This document shows positions 39,850 through 48,105 of a stretch of DNA of 64,000 bases, in pieces; the first letter of the stretch is position 1, and each line of letters opens with the position of its first letter. Under the pieces are notes generated by a model. The model was given only the letters and a program-made list of their open reading frames with translations. It did no database searches and was not told where the DNA came from. The position numbers and the translations under genes are program-made. The stretch is from Candidatus Helarchaeota archaeon. Lineage in GTDB: Archaea; Asgardarchaeota; Lokiarchaeia; Helarchaeales; RDOG01. Location of the stretch: contig JAHPZH010000004.1 in the NCBI GenBank assembly GCA_019058315.1, forward strand, positions 256,001 to 320,000, written 5' to 3'.

Positions 39850-41187
39850 TTGTCGAAACGATTATCATTGGAAGTAAAATCGATTAATGATTTGAAAATT
39901 CTTGATAAATACCCTCAATACTGGAAGGATATTACATCATTTTTAGTAATTAGCTCAAAAACCCTATCAATAAAAGATAAACAAGGTCTAATAAAAAGAT
40001 TAAAACAAATTAACATACCAATTCATGTTGAATCTTATTCTTGGTGGTTCACACATCCAAGAACTAAACAGAAATTATCAGATCCCGATAATAACCCAAA
40101 TTTTGAAAAAAACCCAAATTTATTATTTGCTATTCAAAATATCTCTGAAGATTTAATCTTAGAAGGATGGGAATCAACAATTCTCCATGATAAAAATTTT
40201 GATTGTATTGATAATTGGATAGGATATCAACGAAACTTGAATAAAAATTTTAGAAAAAAACAACAATCCCTAAATAAAATAAAATCTTTACGCTCAAGAT
40301 TAGTTAAAAAAGATGATGCGTGTGCTGAACTTGAGTCATTTTCCCTTCCATATATTCCAATTATCGATATTTCAGGTCATAAAGAAGAAGTAACAAATGC
40401 TATAAATGCAAATATTGAAATTATTAAATATTTCAATAATAAAAATACTCAAACATTTAAGAAGCAAGTGTGCCCATCAATAGTAATTAATTTTAAAGCA
40501 ATTGAATGTAAAAGTCTAGAAAAATTGGTAAATTTGATTAAAGATAATTTTGAAATGTGCTGGATTTGGTTCGTTGATATAGACGATAGAAAACTTCCAG
40601 AAATTGATATAAGAAAATTATGGAAATATATCAGATATCTAAATAGAGGGAGTAAAAAAATCTTTAGACTAAGATTGGGAGGATTTTTATCCCATAGATT
40701 CTTAAAAAATGAATTTCCATCAATTTGTTCTTTCATAGATGGTTGGGGTGCTTATAATTTTACACCAAATTATTATCAAGATGAAGAAGATATAACTTAT
40801 TATGGAAGAAAGAGACATGTTTTCTCCCCACAATTAGGAAGATTTGTTTCAGGCAATACTTTAAGTAAAGAGTTAGAGCAGAAAAAATGTAATTTCAAAT
40901 GTGATTGTTTTGCTTGTAAAAAACTAATTGCGGAATCAAAATTAACAATTCCAGAGATGGAGTATAAAAGAAATGAAGCTAGAAAAGAAGAGAAAAGATT
41001 GAACATAGAGTCAGTTGGTGTATCCCAAAATAAGCAATCAGAATTTTTAAGACTTCATGGTATGATATGTTTTTATAATTTATTAAAAATTAGTGATAAA
41101 GAATTCAGTAATCTTGAAAAAAAGTGGGTCAATCCAGGATTAAAAAAATGGAAAATCATAGAAAAAGAAATGAGTAGAGGTGATTAG
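39850..41187 (+). CDS. TGT/queuine-tRNA-ribosyltransferase-like TIM-barrel protein with C-terminal Zn site
   Basis: Alternating beta/alpha pattern; C-terminal CxCxxC (CDCFAC) plus downstream His (RLHG), like the TGT Zn site. Confidence 0.55.
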   Translation: MSKRLSLEVKSINDLKILDKYPQYWKDITSFLVISSKTLSIKDKQGLIKRLKQINIPIHVESYSWWFTHPRTKQKLSDPDNNPNFEKNPNLLFAIQNISEDLILEGWESTILHDKNFDCIDNWIGYQRNLNKNFRKKQQSLNKIKSLRSRLVKKDDACAELESFSLPYIPIIDISGHKEEVTNAINANIEIIKYFNNKNTQTFKKQVCPSIVINFKAIECKSLEKLVNLIKDNFEMCWIWFVDIDDRKLPEIDIRKLWKYIRYLNRGSKKIFRLRLGGFLSHRFLKNEFPSICSFIDGWGAYNFTPNYYQDEEDITYYGRKRHVFSPQLGRFVSGNTLSKELEQKKCNFKCDCFACKKLIAESKLTIPEMEYKRNEARKEEKRLNIESVGVSQNKQSEFLRLHGMICFYNLLKISDKEFSNLEKKWVNPGLKKWKIIEKEMSRGD

Positions 41188-42223
41188 AATTAATCAATTA
41201 ATAGAAGAAAGTGAAGAAGATTTTAACGAAGATAATTATGATTTATTATTGATATTATTAAATAGTCTTTATCCAAAAACTATTCTAAAGACTCGTTTAA
41301 TGAAATTAAGTTGGTTTTTTTTTGAACTTGGAAATCTACCAAAGATATTAAATTTAGAAAATTACTCAATGGACTTTGAACCTCATTTACTTGGTGGAAG
41401 CGATTATGCTATTGATAATAATCTATCTATTATGGAAAATGATGGATTAATAGAAACAACACAGAGAGTATCAAACCAAGCAAATGATTATGAAGTAATT
41501 TCAATTAGAAAAGATAAACATGATGAAATTTCAGAAAATATAAAACAATATTGGATTGATAAAGAAGCAGATAAATTTATTAATTTAAATGATTTTAAAA
41601 ATTCCCTTGATATTTTTAATTCATTATTTAAAGATGATAATAGCCTGATTGGATTTTTATATAGATTAGATCCTGAAAGAACCAAGAACTCAATTATTAT
41701 TTCAAAAGTAAAGAAAATCATGACACCTGAAAAATTTAAGGATTGCATTTACAATATATTTCAAAATTTACGACCAATTTTTTCATTAACTTTGTTTTAT
41801 TCAAGAAAACAAGCGAATTCAGTAGTAAGAATTTTAAATAACGAAGAAAAAATCATTGAAATTAATACAGAATGGTTATATAATTTATCTGAAGCTTTGG
41901 TAAACCATTATTTAAAGAATGAAAATGAAATAATGAATAGAATAATAAGTAAACTAGCTGGTCAGATATCATTAAAATGTCGAACAGGAGGGTACGAACA
42001 ACTTGAGAAATATTTTGTTATTATTGAAGGATTATGGAGGTATAATTTATCGTCAGATATCCCAGTTGAATTCTTAAGACAAATAACCGTTAATCTTTTG
42101 TTTAATATTGAAAATAAACAATTATTAGAAACAGAGATTATAAATTTACAACAATTATTCAAAAAGCATGATCTTGAAATTACACCAAAAATTGACCTCT
42201 TTAAAACTTATTTACAGGTTTAG
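41180..42223 (+). CDS. SocA/Panacea(DUF4065)/YwgA-like wHTH antitoxin-like protein with helical C-terminal extension
   Basis: 'KTRLMKLSWFF...FEPHLLGG.D..I...L..M..DGLI' matches the K.kLqKL.f...F....yGP pattern; overlaps upstream stop. Confidence 0.6.
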   Translation: MIRINQLIEESEEDFNEDNYDLLLILLNSLYPKTILKTRLMKLSWFFFELGNLPKILNLENYSMDFEPHLLGGSDYAIDNNLSIMENDGLIETTQRVSNQANDYEVISIRKDKHDEISENIKQYWIDKEADKFINLNDFKNSLDIFNSLFKDDNSLIGFLYRLDPERTKNSIIISKVKKIMTPEKFKDCIYNIFQNLRPIFSLTLFYSRKQANSVVRILNNEEKIIEINTEWLYNLSEALVNHYLKNENEIMNRIISKLAGQISLKCRTGGYEQLEKYFVIIEGLWRYNLSSDIPVEFLRQITVNLLFNIENKQLLETEIINLQQLFKKHDLEITPKIDLFKTYLQV

Positions 42224-42226
42224 AAT

Positions 42227-43102
42227 TTGGATGAACGCACAAAAAGTATAAATTCATTAATTATTGACTCAGACGCCATTATCAATCTTTTTTTTGGGAC
42301 AGAAAACGCACGAAAAGACATAAAAACCATCATTAAAGATAGTGAGAATGTTTTCATCACCACTTACACAATAGGTGAGTTAAAAAGAGTCATCTTAAGT
42401 ACTTTAATAAATATTCATTATACAATCCAAAATTGGATCATTAAGGAGAAATGGGAAGATTTTAATAAAAAATTATTAATCCAGAGAAGTAGAGATATTT
42501 TTCTAAAACTATATGGAGGAAGCGAACGGAAAACTTTACGATTAAAAGAATTTTATATGTCGATATTTCTCGATTTCTTATCAGATACTTTTGATTTACC
42601 AATAAGAGATTCTAGAACTGTATTTTTAAAAAGATTAGAGAACTATATCGAGAATTTTGATGTTCTATTTATTAATGATGATTTTGAAAAAAGGAATAGT
42701 TCAATGAATTGTAATTGGCTAAATTATAAAATTCAAATAGAAAATAAGGAATTAAAATTTTATAAAAAGGGCTTTGGATGTTTAAAATTAAAATGTAATA
42801 CATTAAATGAGATATTGAAGTATTTTACATCAAATAAGGAAAGATTGCTAAAGGTTTATAAAATAAAAAATTTTAAACCAATTCCGAATTGGTATCCTAA
42901 TTTCAAAATGTTATTTAATTTATTTTTAAACAAGATGTTGGATAAAAGCTATAAAAGATTATCTTATAAATGTAAATCGTTAGGAGACTTAATTCTAATT
43001 ATCGACACTAATGAAAATGAAACTATCCTTACTTCAAATAATCGAGATTTTCAAGCTACAACTCATATTCTTGGAATCAATTTAATAATTTTTAAAAGAT
43101 GA
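42227..43102 (+). CDS. PIN-domain nuclease with large insertion
   Basis: 'LIIDSDAII', 'YTIGELKR', 'LGDLILI', 'ILTSNNRDF': four acidic PIN positions. Confidence 0.8.
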   Translation: MDERTKSINSLIIDSDAIINLFFGTENARKDIKTIIKDSENVFITTYTIGELKRVILSTLINIHYTIQNWIIKEKWEDFNKKLLIQRSRDIFLKLYGGSERKTLRLKEFYMSIFLDFLSDTFDLPIRDSRTVFLKRLENYIENFDVLFINDDFEKRNSSMNCNWLNYKIQIENKELKFYKKGFGCLKLKCNTLNEILKYFTSNKERLLKVYKIKNFKPIPNWYPNFKMLFNLFLNKMLDKSYKRLSYKCKSLGDLILIIDTNENETILTSNNRDFQATTHILGINLIIFKR

Positions 43103-43251
43103 TTGTTAATTTTAAAAATTAAATTTTATCGGCTTTTTCTAAACCCTAGATTCTCTAAAAGCTATTAGACTTGAAAAGGTATTAAGTTTAGCTCAGCTAA
43201 CCTGAAAGGTTCAAATTATTGTATGGTCGAATGTTTATAACCCAAAAATAA

Positions 43252-43686
43252 TTATTGTTGCTGGGGAATTGATTTCAAAAAAATAGCCAAATTTTCTAAA
43301 AAATTTCCAAGATAAGCAGGATTATAAAGCAATTCTTTAACTTCTTGTGCAATTTTGGGTTTATCTTTCTCTTTATCGGTAACTCCTATTGTAAAAAACT
43401 TTAAACCCCTTAAAGTATCAATCCCGACCTTTTTATAATCAAACCTTTCTTCTGCTGTAACTTCTGTTATCTTTCCCCTCTTAATCATTGCTTTGAATTT
43501 CTTTGGTTTCTCCTTTTTGACTTTCTTTATCGGTTTTTTCTTTGGTACAACTTCATCTTTTTTAATAACTTCCTCATAAGCTTTTATTTTAGTTTCAACA
43601 TGGGTTTCTACACTTTTTTTAATGTAATCTTCTGTTGATTCCGGTTCTTCTTCCTTATCCTCAAAAAAATCCCAATCATCAGGCAC
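43252..43686 (-). CDS. Hypothetical element protein
   Basis: Acidic then Lys-rich N-terminus; overlaps 43679 ORF. Confidence 0.6.
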   Translation of the reverse strand: MPDDWDFFEDKEEEPESTEDYIKKSVETHVETKIKAYEEVIKKDEVVPKKKPIKKVKKEKPKKFKAMIKRGKITEVTAEERFDYKKVGIDTLRGLKFFTIGVTDKEKDKPKIAQEVKELLYNPAYLGNFLENLAIFLKSIPQQQ

Positions 43687-43996
43687 TTTTATAACGCCCC
43701 ACTATATCTTTAAAGAATTGTTTATCTTCCGTACTTAAAATTAAAGCCCCTTTATTCTTTTGAAAAAAATCCATGAAATATTTAATATCTTCTTTTTTCC
43801 ATTTCTCATTTTCTTTTGTTTTGGTTTCAATCTTTTTTATATCATTGCCTAGCCCTTCCAACTCCATAAGCAACGATTTGTCATTGATATCTGCTATCAT
43901 AGTAACTTTCTCAAAATCAATCCCATTCCTTTTTAGCAATCTACGGGTTTTATTCTTTAAGACTTTATTTTCGGGATATTTTATTACAACCTTCAA
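43679..43996 (-). CDS. Hypothetical element protein
   Basis: 105-aa ORF translationally coupled to 43252 ORF. Confidence 0.6.
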   Translation of the reverse strand: MKVVIKYPENKVLKNKTRRLLKRNGIDFEKVTMIADINDKSLLMELEGLGNDIKKIETKTKENEKWKKEDIKYFMDFFQKNKGALILSTEDKQFFKDIVGRYKSA

Positions 43997-44026
43997 ATTC
44001 TAACTTCCTAAAAGTTAATTAATTAT

Positions 44027-44145
44027 GATACTTAGTGTCAAATCAAGATTTAAAGCTTTCGGAAATATACGGAAACCCACAAATCCAACACTTCCCCAAT
44101 AAACTAATTGATACTAAGTGTCAAACCAAACGATACAAAGTATCA
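44027..44145. promoter_or_regulatory. Three copies of a (T)GATAC-N3-GT(G/A)TC(A) palindrome in a divergent promoter region
   Basis: tgatacttagtgtca (~44027), tgatactaagtgtca (~44109), cgatacaaagtatca (~44131). Confidence 0.65.
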
Positions 44146-44252
44146 ACACAAAATTACAAGTTCAAAAATTTGAATGATTTCTATATTAAGGTTTAAATCT
44201 AATTAAGATTTAAAATAAAATATTTAATCAATAAAATAAAAGAGGGTGTTAA

Positions 44253-45383
44253 ATGAATAAAACAGCACTTTTTAAAATTCTAGATAATTTAAAAACTAAA
44301 TTAGATAGCTTCTCCAAGAAGTATGATGAGACGCTTAAGAAAAACTATGAAAACTTAAGTAAACTCAGCGATATTCTTTGGGAGATCCACGAAGCTTCTA
44401 GCTATTCTTGGATTGGACATCAATCTGAAGCATACCACCTAATTGGTAATGAATTTACGATCCCTCCCCCTAGTGAGGGATTTGATATAATGTCTGGACA
44501 TCCAAGATCAGTAAATTGGAAAAGAATACCATATATTGGTATTCAACAATGGATTGAGAATAAAACAGGGTTAAATATCTCAACTATTAGAAAACAAATA
44601 ATCGAAATAATGAATGAAACCCAACAAATACAAGAAGAAATTATTACCGATTTATCTATTTTGAAAGAGTTAAACCAATATAAAACTGAAATAGCGACTT
44701 TAGACGAAATAAATAATATGAAATGGGGTGTTCCAGAATCTTATCTTGTTAAGCAAAAAAGACCAAGTAATTTTTTTACAAGAGATATGCAAGCACTTAA
44801 TCTAGGGATGAGAACTCCTCCACATATAGAATACCTAGTCAATGTGGAATCAAGTCAAACAAAAATTTATTCAATTCGAAATTTTATAAAATTAGCAAAT
44901 AGATTAATAACACAGATTAAAATTAGAGAGGATTTAGAAATCAAGGTTCAACCTACGGATTTAGAAACTTATTATAATCTTATCGAGGAGACTAAAGAAA
45001 ATTTCAGAGCCACAATCATAAAAGAACCAATTAATGAATCTGATGTTCAAGATTATTATGAAAGCTTTTTGAAATCCAATAAATTTGATTTTAACCGCGA
45101 AAAAGATCAAGTCCTTTTTTCTGAGAAATTATTTGTTCCCGACTTCACAAGTGATGAATTTAAAATGGCAATCGAAGTTAAGTTCGTAAAAGATAACAAA
45201 ACTAAATCTGTTGTTATTGAAGGAATGAGTGCAGACTTGAAACCTTACTCTAAAAAGTGGGACAAAATCCTATACATTGTATATGATAAGGGTGGTAATA
45301 TTAACGATGGTAGGAAATTTACAAAAGATTTTAACGAAGAAACAGACGAATTAAGGACAGTATGTTTAGTAATTAAACATTAA
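44253..45383 (+). CDS. Putative defence protein: helical N-terminal domain + C-terminal PD-(D/E)xK nuclease (DpnII/MboI-like C domain)
   Basis: 'NESDVQD...L', 'RE', 'FVPDF......IEVKF', 'D..PY', 'YIVYD'. Confidence 0.75.
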   Translation: MNKTALFKILDNLKTKLDSFSKKYDETLKKNYENLSKLSDILWEIHEASSYSWIGHQSEAYHLIGNEFTIPPPSEGFDIMSGHPRSVNWKRIPYIGIQQWIENKTGLNISTIRKQIIEIMNETQQIQEEIITDLSILKELNQYKTEIATLDEINNMKWGVPESYLVKQKRPSNFFTRDMQALNLGMRTPPHIEYLVNVESSQTKIYSIRNFIKLANRLITQIKIREDLEIKVQPTDLETYYNLIEETKENFRATIIKEPINESDVQDYYESFLKSNKFDFNREKDQVLFSEKLFVPDFTSDEFKMAIEVKFVKDNKTKSVVIEGMSADLKPYSKKWDKILYIVYDKGGNINDGRKFTKDFNEETDELRTVCLVIKH

Positions 45384-45399
45384 ATAGGAGAAACTATAT

Positions 45400-45978
45400 T
45401 TGGAAACACATAGCAAATATCTGTTATCATTTATTATAGTTCTTATTACTATAATCATTATAATATCATTAACCTTCTTCTCAACTTTTATCCTAATATC
45501 TGATCGGGAATGTGGTGTTACTATAAATGGAATCTCAATAATTAACATTGACAAAAAAATATTCCTATTTAATATAATTTCTCCTATTTCATCGCTTTTA
45601 ATAGCAATCATTTTACCTTTCTTTATCTTAAAATATCAGACCGAAAGAGAAAATAATGATAAAAAACAACTTGCAAATTTCATTTTTAACCAAGAAAAAC
45701 AATCAATAAATAATATGATTAAAGAATTTCATCCTTTATATGAAAGACATATCTTAAAACATACACCTACAACTATTTCGGTTGAATCAAAATTCCAAGA
45801 AGCTAAATTTAGCATTTCTCGTTGGAATATTTTAATATCTAAAGGATTATTTATCTATTTATCAAAAAAAGATACGCTTTTCAACATATATCAAAAAATC
45901 GAGGATTTCAATGTATCCACACCATTGAAAAAACTGAATAAAATAAACGACATTAAGATTGAATTTGATAAATTATGA
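45400..45978 (+). CDS. Two-TM membrane protein with cytosolic helical domain
   Basis: Two N-terminal hydrophobic helices; GGAG RBS. Confidence 0.65.
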   Translation: METHSKYLLSFIIVLITIIIIISLTFFSTFILISDRECGVTINGISIINIDKKIFLFNIISPISSLLIAIILPFFILKYQTERENNDKKQLANFIFNQEKQSINNMIKEFHPLYERHILKHTPTTISVESKFQEAKFSISRWNILISKGLFIYLSKKDTLFNIYQKIEDFNVSTPLKKLNKINDIKIEFDKL

Positions 45979-46269
45979 AATTTATTCTATAACTTTTTTT
46001 GAATACTTTTGAATAATAGTATGGTAAAAAAGTCTGAAATAGTTGAAAATAAGCCAATTTCTCTAAAAAACTTATCTTCTTACTCGTAAGCTTCCAAATT
46101 TCGTATTTTGGCGATTTTTCCAATAGAAATAAGGGGGTTTTTGAGAAAATTTACTTAAAAAAAATAAACTAAATACAGGAAAGAAAAAGTAAAATCAAAA
46201 AAGAAAAAACTTAAAATTAGTGATAGGTTTATTCAAAATTCTTATCTTGAAAACAAGATTAACTCTAAA

Positions 46270-48105
46270 TTATTTAAACATTAACTGAAAATATTCACTT
46301 GTTTCATTTCCAAAAATGTCTACGACGGTTAAAACTACTGTATAACTTCCTGCATTCTCATATTTATGCCTTATTTTAGTTTTCGCTGTTTTTATTATTT
46401 TTCTTCCCGAACCAATTTGTCTAAATGAATAATCACTTGCTCTAAATAATTTTTCTTCGTTATAGTCCCAATCTATTGCCCAGAAATCTATTAAATCTAA
46501 TGATTCTTCATCTTTTAAATCCAGACCATAAAGAGTTGTATGATAATTCGAATGAAATCTTATAAATTCGATATCAATTGTTAGATTAATTGGATTGATA
46601 GACTGTCGAAATTCTAAGAATGGTAATTCAGAAAAATGATGTTCATTTTCTTCCTCATCATTAATTAAAGATTGAGGAATAATTCTCAGTTCTACTTCTA
46701 TTTTTTGATCTTCTTGGAATAATTTTTTAAAGAAACCAACTTCCATAAAATATTCCCAACCCAAAATTATCAATTTATTTTTATTTAAACTCTTGACTTC
46801 TTCAATTGCATTTTGAATTTCTTTTGGAGAAATTATTGTATCAATACCACCGATATGGATATATGCATCGTTTATTTCGCCATGTAAGTGATCGTAACCA
46901 TCCAAATAAGAACCTTTAAATTGTTTCAAGATATACTCATAATATTTTTTATGGGTTTCGCCAATGTATTCTTCTGATTTTAGTTTCAAAAAGAGAAGAT
47001 GCTTGTTATACATCTCTAAATTTAATAATTGAAATGGGAAACTCGTAGATTTCGAATTTAAGAGAATTCGTTTTCTAATTTCATTTATAGAATATCTACT
47101 AATATCAACTGCTATCCATTTTCGCCCTAATTCTTGACCTGTTGCAACAGTTGTTCCTGACCCGCAAAAAAAATCTGCAATGATGTCATTTTTATTAGAA
47201 CATTGACGAATGATTCTATCAAGTAAAGAAATAGAATTTTCTGTGGGGTAAAGAGTCTTTTTTGTTTTTTCATATCCTGGTATATCAATCCAAATATTAT
47301 CATCATCAGCTTCATATTCAATAGGATCTGCAGTTTTTCGTTTCTTTTTTTCAAATTTTTCAAAAAATTTTGCGTTATTGCTCTTTCGATATAAAAATAA
47401 ACTGTCAACTTGAATAATTAAATGTTTTTGTCGTTCTAATGCTTTATCTGATACTGGTTTATAAATTCTTCTTACAAGATATTCACAAATAAAGTTATTC
47501 TCACCAAAAATTTCATCTAAAATTACTTTAATATAATGCCCATAATGATAATCAAATCTTACAGCCATAAAACCAATATCTTTTAATAATTTATAGATGA
47601 GAAAAGCTCTTTCATAAAACCATTGACATAAATTTTGGATATGATTTGAACCAGTCCATATATTTTTGTATGCAATATCCTTTATTGGACTTGGAAATTG
47701 TTTAATCGTTTTTTTAGTGCCTAATCCAATAGGAATATCAATATATTCATTAGCTCCAGTATAAAAAGGAGGATCAATATATACGAATTGAATTTTATTG
47801 CGGAATTTTCCCTCTAAACTCTTTAATACATATAAATTATCTCCCCAAATGAGTAAATTTTTCCAATTTTTTAAATAATCTTCTTCTTTTTCTTCTTTTT
47901 TTTTCTCATCAGACTCGAAATACTGCATTAAAGTTCTTGGAACTATTTTTTTTATCTTCTTTTTCTTTGATCTCTTCTGTTTTTGTTTTTGCAATAGTGA
48001 ATCATCATCATTTTTAGAGAGATATGTTTCTAAAAATTGTAAGTTTAATTTTGGAATTTCTCGAATATTTTTTTTCCATTTTAATTTTAAAGGGAATTCA
48101 TTCAT
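46270..48105 (-). CDS. mod: Type III R-M methyltransferase subunit (beta class), catalytic motifs intact, TRD truncated
   Basis: 'LIWGDNL', 'YIDPPF', 'DEIFGENNF', 'YPTENS..LLDRII', 'DFFCGSGTT', 'GRKWIAVD', C-terminal 'IDFWAIDWDY...VVDIFGN'. Confidence 0.9.
   Translation of the reverse strand: MNEFPLKLKWKKNIREIPKLNLQFLETYLSKNDDDSLLQKQKQKRSKKKKIKKIVPRTLMQYFESDEKKKEEKEEDYLKNWKNLLIWGDNLYVLKSLEGKFRNKIQFVYIDPPFYTGANEYIDIPIGLGTKKTIKQFPSPIKDIAYKNIWTGSNHIQNLCQWFYERAFLIYKLLKDIGFMAVRFDYHYGHYIKVILDEIFGENNFICEYLVRRIYKPVSDKALERQKHLIIQVDSLFLYRKSNNAKFFEKFEKKKRKTADPIEYEADDDNIWIDIPGYEKTKKTLYPTENSISLLDRIIRQCSNKNDIIADFFCGSGTTVATGQELGRKWIAVDISRYSINEIRKRILLNSKSTSFPFQLLNLEMYNKHLLFLKLKSEEYIGETHKKYYEYILKQFKGSYLDGYDHLHGEINDAYIHIGGIDTIISPKEIQNAIEEVKSLNKNKLIILGWEYFMEVGFFKKLFQEDQKIEVELRIIPQSLINDEEENEHHFSELPFLEFRQSINPINLTIDIEFIRFHSNYHTTLYGLDLKDEESLDLIDFWAIDWDYNEEKLFRASDYSFRQIGSGRKIIKTAKTKIRHKYENAGSYTVVLTVVDIFGNETSEYFQLMFK

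Noticed and set aside
46126-46160. Further copy of the 14-6-14 palindrome before the R-M locus end
   Set aside because: Only the left arm partly matches (gggttt); the right arm is too degenerate to support.
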